NCBI GenBank assembly: GCA_022781015.1 | Contig: JALEUF010000150.1 | Location: 1-48,983 of the forward strand | Direction: 5' to 3' | Origin: Bacillales bacterium | GTDB lineage: Bacteria > Bacillota_I > Bacilli_A > RFN20 > CAG-826 | Length of the DNA: 48,983 nucleotides | Shown here: positions 8,205 through 16,270 of the stretch, piece by piece | Layout: each line of letters opens with the position of its first letter | How positions within the stretch are numbered: position 1 is the first letter of the stretch | The notes under the pieces: generated by a model | Told to the model about the DNA's origin: nothing | Databases searched by the model: none | Seen by the model: only the letters and a program-made list of their open reading frames with translations | Program-made: the position numbers and the translations under genes

Positions 8205-11200
8205 TTACGACTTTTGTTTATGGGCAAGGTATACCGAATGTATATTTCTCATTACTTTTTCTAAATCATCAAGCCAATTGCCCTGTTTATATAAAGAAAC
8301 TACCAATACTTTATTCAAAAAAGTAACCCTTAGCCTATTCATCATCGGCAGCAAAGAATTAAACAAATCACTGCCGATTCCGTCGATTCTAGAGAAGCTA
8401 GACGATAAAGATAAATCGACTTTGTCTTCACAGTCGTTAACAGATGTAAATTCTTCAAAATCAGAAAGTATATCAATGAGTTTTTTCTTAATTAACAAAG
8501 AGGTCTCTTCTGGCATTTTTCCATATATGTCCCTCACCTTTTTGGCAAATTTGTTCAAATCTGACTCTTTGTTTATGTTCTCTAATTCCTGATACAAAAC
8601 AATCTTGTCACTTTTGGATGCATAATCAGAAGGAATATAAGCATCTATATCAAAAAGCTTATTCGAGGTAGGTGGAGCAAGTTCGATTCCAGACTTTTTA
8701 GCCTCGATCGCTTCATTTAGCATCTTCATATATAAATCAAGACCGACAGAATCGATAAATCCAGCTTGTTCAGGGCCTAAAATATCCCCAGCACCCCTTA
8801 TCATCAAATCTCTTTGGGCAATTTTATAGCCAGATCCTAGTTCAGTGAATTCTTGGATAGCCTGTAGACGTTTTTTAGCGTCCTCATTCATATTTTTATG
8901 AGGTTTATACATCAAATAGGCATAGGAAATTCTATTTCCCCTGCCAACTCTACCTTTGATTTGATAAAGTTGAGAAAGACCGAAGTTATCGGCATTTTCT
9001 ACAATTATCATGTTCGCATTTGGTATATCGATACCGTTTTCAACAATTGAAGTGCAAACCAAAACATTAAGTTCATTATCATAGAACTTGGCCATGACGT
9101 CTTCGGATTCATTTTTATCCATTTGGCCATGAACTACCCCTATTTTTGCTAAAGGAATCCTAGAGGCAAGCTTAGAAGCGCAGGAATATATCGTATCTAC
9201 CCTATTATGCACATAATAAACCTGTCCGTTTCTTGATAATTCCCTAGAAATAAGTTCATCTACTATTTCTTCTTTATACGGAGTTACATATGTCTGGATT
9301 GGCATTCTTGACGAAGGGGCTGTATTGATTTCTGACATTGGACGAATCCCGACCAAAGACATTTGCAAGGTTCTAGGAATCGGGGTAGCGGAAAGAGTAA
9401 GAACATCAACGCTATTCTTCATTTCCTTAATTCTTTCTTTTTGTTCAACACCAAAGCGTTGCTCTTCATCAACAATCAAAAGACCTAAATCCTTAAATTC
9501 AAAATCTTTGGAAAGAAGCCTGTGTGTCCCGATTATGAAATCGATTTTCCCTTCTTTTATAGCCTTTAGATTTTGATTTTGAACTGAATCAGGAATTAAT
9601 CTAGAAAACAAGGCTAACCTAACTCCAAAAGTAGCAAAACGTTGCATTGCTACTTCGTAATGTTGCCTAGCAAGCAATGTAGTTGGACATAATAAAGCGA
9701 CTTGTTTTCCATTTGATATAGCCTTAAAAGCCGCTCTAAAGGCAACTTCGGTTTTGCCAAAGCCAACATCCCCGCAGACAAGCCTATCCATAATTTCATT
9801 GGACTCCATATCCTTTTTAATCGCATCAACTGCGGCTTGCTGATCAGAAGTCAATTGATATGGGAATTCATTCTCGAATTGTTTTTGTAATTCATCATCT
9901 GCAGGGAAAGCAAAACCTTTGTTCCTAACCCTGTTCCCATAAAGAGAAATAAGCCTATCCGCAAGTTCGTTGATACGTTTATTAATCTTGGATTTTCTTT
10001 TTTCCCATTCCTTAGTAGAAAGTCTACTTAATTGAGGCCTAGCCCCCTCTCGTCCTGCATATTTCCTAACTAACCTAAACTGTTCAAGAGGAACATAAAG
10101 GAATTCATTCCCGGCATATGCAATATGGAGAAAATCCCTGTGTTTCCCTTCTATTTCAATTGTTTTTATATCAAGGAACTGACCGATTCCATTATATTCA
10201 TGAACTACATAATCACCGGGTTTTAACTCTTCATAACTTCTTAATATAGTCGCTTGTTTAAAACGTGAATTAAATCTAGAGGCAACTCGCCTCGCGCCAA
10301 ACAATTCATTTGAAGAAATATATGCAATTTTTAAAAACGGAATCTCAAATCCTTCCGAAAGATTTAAAGAAGAGAAGGCAAGACTGGAAGAGGGAATTTC
10401 TAATCCATTTACTTCTTCTATTTCTAATTTGGCATCTTCCAAAAGACTTTTGATTGTTTTTCTTTGTTGCTCTTCTTTTAGACAGATAATGACTTTATTG
10501 GCACTAGTTAGATAAGACTGGATTGTAGGCAAGATAGATGCAATCGATTTACCTGTTAATGAAATTGAATGAACAGGGAAGCTAACATCGTTAATTGAAG
10601 TAGAAAAGATGGACCCGTGTATCGATTTAATGCCTTTTAAGGCCTTATCTAAACTTAGATATTGTTCTAGATGAGATAGACATTGCCCTTGGTAAAATAG
10701 TTCTCCAAAATATTGATTTGCCTCAGTTTGAAGTAAGGAAAAAGATTCACAGAATTGAGGATAATTTGGAAAGAAGACAAATCTAGGATCAAAATAGCTT
10801 ACAATGGAAGAAGCGTCTTTATTTGCTAGCCCATAATATTTATATAAAGATATTTTGTAATTGTTATTTTGATAATCTTCTAGAACCGATTCTAGATTTC
10901 TTTTTAAATCATTAAAACGTTCTAGAGGAAGTTCTTCTTCATCTTTCGAAAGTCTATCCAAAGCAGCTTTCTTAAATTCTTCAAACATCGATGAAGGCAA
11001 AAAGAAATCAGTGGCTGGGGCGATAGACACTTCTTTTAAAGTACTTTTAGATTCCTGTGTTGCTATATCAAATAAGCGTATTGATTCAATTTCGTCATCA
11101 AAGAATTCGATACGTATTGGATCTAGATAAGAAACAGAATAAACATCAACAATATCGCCCCTATAGGCAAATTGGAGCGAGTGTTCGATTTTATCATTAA

Positions 11201-11678
11201 CCTTATAACCGTTTTCTAATAATTTGGTTTTGAATTCTTTTAAATCTAAAGTGTCTCCAACTTTTAATTTTATAACTCTTTCTTCAAATTGTTTTCTTGA
11301 AGGAAGGAAGCGGAGAATAGCGCTAGGATGAGTAACCAAAATCTTCTTTTTATCATCCAATAGACGATACATCGCATATATTCTTTGAGATTGCAATTCT
11401 AGCGAAGAAGATAATGCTTCTGCCCGCAAAAGTTCATCGGATGGAAAGAAAACAACATTTTCTTCTGGCAAGAAATTTAGCAAGAATTCATATAGTCTTT
11501 GGCAAGAATATTGGTTAGGAGAAACTATACAATAATTGTCTTTTTTCTTGTTAAACAAAGATAAAATTGCTAGGGCTGGCCCTAACGTATCATCACTAAT
11601 TAAATTGCCTTTTGCTTCATCTAGAGCGCTTACATAAGGCAATGTATCAATTAAAGAAAAAAGATCGTTATTCTTCAT
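8205..11678 (-). CDS. mfd: Transcription-repair coupling factor Mfd
   Basis: 1157 aa. Helicase motifs GDVGFGKTEVA and DEEQRFG, with a UvrB-homology N-terminus. ATGA overlap with pth. Confidence 0.97.
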   Translation of the reverse strand: MKNNDLFSLIDTLPYVSALDEAKGNLISDDTLGPALAILSLFNKKKDNYCIVSPNQYSCQRLYEFLLNFLPEENVVFFPSDELLRAEALSSSLELQSQRIYAMYRLLDDKKKILVTHPSAILRFLPSRKQFEERVIKLKVGDTLDLKEFKTKLLENGYKVNDKIEHSLQFAYRGDIVDVYSVSYLDPIRIEFFDDEIESIRLFDIATQESKSTLKEVSIAPATDFFLPSSMFEEFKKAALDRLSKDEEELPLERFNDLKRNLESVLEDYQNNNYKISLYKYYGLANKDASSIVSYFDPRFVFFPNYPQFCESFSLLQTEANQYFGELFYQGQCLSHLEQYLSLDKALKGIKSIHGSIFSTSINDVSFPVHSISLTGKSIASILPTIQSYLTSANKVIICLKEEQQRKTIKSLLEDAKLEIEEVNGLEIPSSSLAFSSLNLSEGFEIPFLKIAYISSNELFGARRVASRFNSRFKQATILRSYEELKPGDYVVHEYNGIGQFLDIKTIEIEGKHRDFLHIAYAGNEFLYVPLEQFRLVRKYAGREGARPQLSRLSTKEWEKRKSKINKRINELADRLISLYGNRVRNKGFAFPADDELQKQFENEFPYQLTSDQQAAVDAIKKDMESNEIMDRLVCGDVGFGKTEVAFRAAFKAISNGKQVALLCPTTLLARQHYEVAMQRFATFGVRLALFSRLIPDSVQNQNLKAIKEGKIDFIIGTHRLLSKDFEFKDLGLLIVDEEQRFGVEQKERIKEMKNSVDVLTLSATPIPRTLQMSLVGIRPMSEINTAPSSRMPIQTYVTPYKEEIVDELISRELSRNGQVYYVHNRVDTIYSCASKLASRIPLAKIGVVHGQMDKNESEDVMAKFYDNELNVLVCTSIVENGIDIPNANMIIVENADNFGLSQLYQIKGRVGRGNRISYAYLMYKPHKNMNEDAKKRLQAIQEFTELGSGYKIAQRDLMIRGAGDILGPEQAGFIDSVGLDLYMKMLNEAIEAKKSGIELAPPTSNKLFDIDAYIPSDYASKSDKIVLYQELENINKESDLNKFAKKVRDIYGKMPEETSLLIKKKLIDILSDFEEFTSVNDCEDKVDLSLSSSFSRIDGIGSDLFNSLLPMMNRLRVTFLNKVLVVSLYKQGNWLDDLEKVMRNIHSVYLAHKQKS

Positions 11679-12235
11679 TTGTTATAATGATTCATCGCAT
11701 AATTAAAATCATGGAGAAGATAATCCCTAATCGCCTTAGAAGCGTTAGTAGTCGCAATGTCTAACTTTTCCCTGCTATCGTTATCAATTTTAGAAAGGAC
11801 ATAATCGGCGCCGCCGTGAGGAGGCTCCCCTATTCCAATCCTGATACGTTTAAATTTATCACTACCAATAGAAGAGATAATGCTTTTCATTCCATTATGG
11901 GAGCCACTAGACCCAAAAGGCCTTAATCTAATCTTCCCTTCTTCTATTGCCATATCATCATAAATAACAAGAAGTTCATCGATAGAAACTTTGAAATATG
12001 ACATCATGGGTGAGACGAATTGCCCAGAAAGGTTCATATATGTAGAAGGTTTAGCCAAAATAAAATCCTCTTCAAAGGCAGGATTTTTTACAATCGTATA
12101 AAGCCCATTGAATTTAGATCTGTCAATATCAACTTTGACCATTTCGGCAAACTTATCAATAACAGCAAAACCCATATTATGACGGGTGTTTTCATATTGC
12201 ATGCCTATATTGCCTAACCCTACGATAAGTTTCAT
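11675..12235 (-). CDS. pth: Peptidyl-tRNA hydrolase
   Basis: MKLIVGLGNIGMQYENTRHNMGF is the Pth signature. 186 aa. Confidence 0.95.
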   Translation of the reverse strand: MKLIVGLGNIGMQYENTRHNMGFAVIDKFAEMVKVDIDRSKFNGLYTIVKNPAFEEDFILAKPSTYMNLSGQFVSPMMSYFKVSIDELLVIYDDMAIEEGKIRLRPFGSSGSHNGMKSIISSIGSDKFKRIRIGIGEPPHGGADYVLSKIDNDSREKLDIATTNASKAIRDYLLHDFNYAMNHYNK

Positions 12236-12786
12236 TACTTAACCTCATCTACTTCAACAATATTTTGCAATTTAGAAGCAACGTTAATAATTTTATCCAC
12301 GCCTTCTTGATCGTAATATTCAAAAGGACGTTCCATCATTTCTTTAACCATGGCATTAGACACGCCTTGCTTACTTTGCATAACATTCATCGTGTACTTC
12401 ATCATCATCCTTTGGAAGAACGGAAGTTTAGACATATCAAAAGAACCACGTAATTGGTAATAACGGACATGATATAAATCAAGGATATTAGAATTGATGA
12501 GTTCTTGTCTTCCTTCTTTTGACGGAATAGACATTCCAGAAGAGAAAATCATGACATTTTTATCGCTCATATCATCATAATGGGATAAGAAATCATCAAG
12601 TCCTTTTATTTTTCCTCCCATAACCCAACCACCAAAAATGATAAGGTTGTAATTAGAAAGGTTCTTCCACTTGAATTTCTTTAGTGGCATGACCTCTGCA
12701 GAGATAGTTTTTGCTATATCTTCTGCATATTTTTTTGTGGATCCAACTTGGGAAACATATAAAACAATACTTTGCATAGCAAACAT
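12235..12786 (-). CDS. Flavodoxin-like domain protein
   Basis: The N-terminus IVLYVSQVGSTKKYAEDIA resembles a flavodoxin phosphate-binding loop. About 180 aa. The start could instead be the ATG at 12777. Confidence 0.6.
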   Translation of the reverse strand: MFAMQSIVLYVSQVGSTKKYAEDIAKTISAEVMPLKKFKWKNLSNYNLIIFGGWVMGGKIKGLDDFLSHYDDMSDKNVMIFSSGMSIPSKEGRQELINSNILDLYHVRYYQLRGSFDMSKLPFFQRMMMKYTMNVMQSKQGVSNAMVKEMMERPFEYYDQEGVDKIINVASKLQNIVEVDEVK

Positions 12787-12871
12787 ACTACCACATAAGA
12801 AGATAAACTTCCTTTTATTTGTTTTAAAAATTTACTTTTATGATTTGTATATGTATTCGATAATAATAGAC

Positions 12872-13825
12872 ATGAAAGTTAAAGATTTTTTTATTGATTT
12901 AGCAAAAGGGGCTTCATTAGGGGCTGGATTATTGCCAGGTGTATCAGCAGGAACAGTAGGATTAATCGTTAATATTTATGATAAATTAATCAGTGGAATT
13001 AATGATTTAAAGAAGAACTTCCTTCGTGCATTTCTTACTCTTCTTCCAATTGGAATAGGATGGGTTGCCTCCGGAATATTGCTTTTATATGTCCAGCATA
13101 AATGTTGGGACTACATTCCTTTTATCATTGTTTGCATATGCACGGGGTTCTTAATTGGGGGTATGCCTACCATATATAAAGAGTCTGGAATAGAGAAAAT
13201 TAATAAAAACGATGGTTTAAGAATGGCGATTGGTTTTATTATCGCTACTTTAATCGGGGTTTTTTCTGTTTTGGCATATGTATTTAATTGGTTTTCGTTT
13301 GAAGAAGCATTTGCTAATCCAAACCAAAACTTGTGGGTATATATAGTTATAATCGTGATTGGATTTGTCGCTGCTGCTGCTTGCATTATCCCAGGAATAT
13401 CCGGGGCAATGATCTTGTTTATATTTGGCCTATATCAACCTGTACTAAATATCTATTTTGGAGATAATTCCATAATCCATAACCACGATAGATTAGGATC
13501 AGGACTTTTATTGACTTTGTGTCTAGTAATTGGAGTTGTTTTAGGCTTCCTTGCTATCTCAAAAGTAATGAAGTCGCTACTAGAAAAACACAAAAGAGGA
13601 ACATATGGATATGTGCTTGGCTTTATTGCAGGTTCAATAGTAGCTATGTTTGTAAATAACCAAATATGGCCTGCCTACTCAAATCCAAACACCTCTCAAT
13701 GGTATCAATATCTAATAGGAATAATTTTATTAATTGCAATTGCAATTGCCACTTTATTATTGATAAAATTATCCAGTCGTAAAAAGAAAGAAAACCTTGC
13801 AAAAATCAAACAGTCGAGTAACTAA
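12872..13825 (+). CDS. DUF368 family polytopic membrane protein (family implicated in undecaprenyl-phosphate recycling, PopT-type)
   Basis: GASLGAGLLPGVSAGTVGLIVNIYDKLI matches the DUF368 N-terminal motif, and a second PGISGAM repeat is present. Multiple TM segments. The start was trimmed from a TTG at 12671 that overlaps the divergent gene. Confidence 0.75.
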   Translation: MKVKDFFIDLAKGASLGAGLLPGVSAGTVGLIVNIYDKLISGINDLKKNFLRAFLTLLPIGIGWVASGILLLYVQHKCWDYIPFIIVCICTGFLIGGMPTIYKESGIEKINKNDGLRMAIGFIIATLIGVFSVLAYVFNWFSFEEAFANPNQNLWVYIVIIVIGFVAAAACIIPGISGAMILFIFGLYQPVLNIYFGDNSIIHNHDRLGSGLLLTLCLVIGVVLGFLAISKVMKSLLEKHKRGTYGYVLGFIAGSIVAMFVNNQIWPAYSNPNTSQWYQYLIGIILLIAIAIATLLLIKLSSRKKKENLAKIKQSSN

Positions 13826-13853
13826 TATTTTTTAAGAAGAAAGTGAGTAAAAA

Positions 13854-14468
13854 ATGCCACGTACACCTGAACAAAATAGAATTGTTAAAGACAGAAGAAA
13901 GTCAAAAATTACCGAAAAAGCGTTAAAGATTTTCGCCAACATGGACTATAGAGATGTATCAGTAGATACCATTACCAAAGCCGTAAGATGCTCTCATGGT
14001 CTCTTTTACCATTACTTTGATTCAAAAGAAGATATTTTCAATTATATCATTGACGAAATTGTATTAGAAAATTCTAGTCTTTTCCCAATTGAAAAAGCTA
14101 ATGAAATTGGGGGTACAAATGGTTTAAAAATACTAACTTCCCATTATTCAAGTTTAATAAATGCAACTAATCATGATTTGTATTGTTTAAAGATAATGTT
14201 AGATTTAATTGACGTTAGCGAGATTCCTTCAAATCTAAAAAAGATTGTTAAAGAAAACGACCTAAAAAAATGTCTAATCTCATTAATAAAAACATCCCAA
14301 GAAGAAGGAAATGCCATCGCAGGCGATCCAACTTCAATTGCTAAAGCAATGACTTTATTAATAAAAGAAGAAATTAAAACCAATATGAACGAAAAAGGCA
14401 AAAACTCACTTCCTAGCGGAGATATCCTCCTAGGAATGATGATGAAAAAACCTTTATCAGAAATCTAA
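13854..14468 (+). CDS. TetR/AcrR family transcriptional regulator
   Basis: N-terminal HTH KALKIFANMDYRDVSVDTITKAVRCSHGLFYHYFDSKEDIF. Confidence 0.85.
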   Translation: MPRTPEQNRIVKDRRKSKITEKALKIFANMDYRDVSVDTITKAVRCSHGLFYHYFDSKEDIFNYIIDEIVLENSSLFPIEKANEIGGTNGLKILTSHYSSLINATNHDLYCLKIMLDLIDVSEIPSNLKKIVKENDLKKCLISLIKTSQEEGNAIAGDPTSIAKAMTLLIKEEIKTNMNEKGKNSLPSGDILLGMMMKKPLSEI

Positions 14469-14477
14469 ATCCTTAGG

Positions 14478-14501
14478 CCTCTAGGAAACTAGAGGTTTTT
14501 T
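14478..14501 (+). terminator. Terminator after the TetR gene
   Basis: cctctag gaaa ctagagg followed by tttttt. Confidence 0.7.
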
Positions 14502-14503
14502 AT

Positions 14504-16066
14504 TTATCTATTTCTTGCAGAGAAGTCGAATAAATACTTATATGTATCCTTTAGTTTTGGGTATAACCCTTTGTAACAATTTTGATATAGTTCTTCATAT
14601 ATCTTCGCATTGTCTTTATTTGGCTTAAACGTAATAGAAGGATGAACCATGCTAGAAATGGCTTCATTTGCATCCTTGAATTCCTTTGTAGCGAGGAAGC
14701 CAATAATTGCAGCTCCCAACGAAGAGGTTTCATTAGTTTGGACTCTAGTAACTGGAAGATTGAATATATCCGCGGTGATTTGGCAAATTTCATCCGATCT
14801 AGAACCGCCCCCGGCGATTCTAATTTCATTGAACCCATGTCTTAGGTTTTTGGCAAATCCTTCGCTAGCTAACCTAAGTTCATAATCAATTCCTTCAATT
14901 ATGGCTTTATAGACATGTAGCCTTGTTGTTGAATCACTAAAACCGACAATAGACCCCTTTACTTCCGGTTTATCTAGATTTGAGCCCCAGAAAGGTTGCA
15001 AAAGTAATCCGTTAGAACCAGCAGGTATGCTAAAGAGGTTTTTGTTATAGTCTTCAGGGTAAACATCATCAATTACAAGATCATTAATGTTCATCGCACC
15101 AAATTCTTTTAAGAACCAATTAATCATCCAATATCCACGATATACTTGTACATCTAGATTGAATTGGCCAGGCAAGGTTGATGGATAGGCAGGAAAGAAT
15201 TTGGATGGGGACATGAACTTATTCACACTAGTTTCGACTGAACATGCAGTACCTAAAGAAATAGACAAAATTGTGTCTTTAATGACACCTGTCCCTAACG
15301 TTTCGCAAGATTTATCAGATCCGCAGGCATAAATAACTAAGTCTTCCGGGAGTCCAGTTTCAAAGGAAGCTTTCTTGCTGATTCGTCCAATTTCTCGTTC
15401 ACATTCAACTAGTTCACAAAGTTGATTTTTCTTAATAGAGAATATTTGACCCTGCATATGGGTTTCTGGTTTTTTATACCATTGCTTTTTCTTGTAATTT
15501 AATGGGTAATGCCCTGTGTAATCAGAAGCAGAGTCGATTAAATTACCAGTCAATTTGTAATTAAAATAAGTCGACAAGGCGACATATTTATCGATACGAG
15601 CGAAATTCTCTGGTTCATTTTCTTTAACCCAGTTAGCAACTGTCCTTCTTCTATTCATTTGGATAACAGCAGACATTCCAACAAGCCCAAATGCTAATCT
15701 AGAAAACAAAGGAAGTGGCTTTTCGCATTTTGCATATCTTTGGTCTAGCCAAAGTATCATCGGGCGGATTACTTTATTGTCTTTGTCTAACAAAACAGCA
15801 GAATCTCTAAAGCAAGTCATCGTAATACCTTTGACTCTTTTCATCAAATCTTTATTTTTGCTTATTCTTTGGGAACACTTGCATAAACATTCATAATAAT
15901 AAGCTGGATCTTGTTCAGCATAACCTGGTTTAGAAGAAAAATAAGCTGGTTCATAGGTTTGCTTTTCGCAGGCAAGAGCATTCCCGTTTCTATCAAATAT
16001 CGATACACGTACCGACTGTGTTCCAAAATCTATCGTTAGAATTAAATTAGACTGTTCCATTTTCAT
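14504..16066 (-). CDS. FGGY-family carbohydrate kinase
   Basis: N-terminus LTIDFGTQSVRVSIFD matches the FGGY phosphate-1 motif and the C-terminus has IRIAGGGSRSD. The start was trimmed to the MKMEQS region; an ATG at 16060 is equally possible. Confidence 0.85.
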   Translation of the reverse strand: MKMEQSNLILTIDFGTQSVRVSIFDRNGNALACEKQTYEPAYFSSKPGYAEQDPAYYYECLCKCSQRISKNKDLMKRVKGITMTCFRDSAVLLDKDNKVIRPMILWLDQRYAKCEKPLPLFSRLAFGLVGMSAVIQMNRRRTVANWVKENEPENFARIDKYVALSTYFNYKLTGNLIDSASDYTGHYPLNYKKKQWYKKPETHMQGQIFSIKKNQLCELVECEREIGRISKKASFETGLPEDLVIYACGSDKSCETLGTGVIKDTILSISLGTACSVETSVNKFMSPSKFFPAYPSTLPGQFNLDVQVYRGYWMINWFLKEFGAMNINDLVIDDVYPEDYNKNLFSIPAGSNGLLLQPFWGSNLDKPEVKGSIVGFSDSTTRLHVYKAIIEGIDYELRLASEGFAKNLRHGFNEIRIAGGGSRSDEICQITADIFNLPVTRVQTNETSSLGAAIIGFLATKEFKDANEAISSMVHPSITFKPNKDNAKIYEELYQNCYKGLYPKLKDTYKYLFDFSARNR

Positions 16067-16210
16067 TCTCTTTTTTCCAGGCTTAATTATAGATAAATTT
16101 TCGCCTAATGAAGATAGTTTTATTTTACTAAAGTAAAGCACATGTCTCTTTTTTAGGCTTTTCTTTATAAGAAACATATTAATTTTATCTTCTTTAGAAG
16201 GCCCTATATG

Positions 16211-16219
16211 TGGTAAGAT
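16211..16219 (+). promoter_or_regulatory. Extended -10 promoter candidate for ppdK
   Basis: TGgTAAGAT lies about 50 nt upstream of the ATG. A strong SD aggagg precedes the start. Confidence 0.35.
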
Positions 16220-16270
16220 TTATCCGCTGGGTTTAAAAACCCTTTATTAAATTGTCATTAGGAGGATACA

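Noticed and set aside
12671-12871. ORF-track 5' extensions from alternative or upstream starts. This one is for DUF368. Others are 16067-16177 for the FGGY kinase, 8159-8227 for the S4 protein, 31653-31691 for gyrB and 23018-23053 for tatD.
   Set aside because: The extensions overlap neighbouring genes or promoter regions and add non-conserved residues ahead of canonical N-termini.
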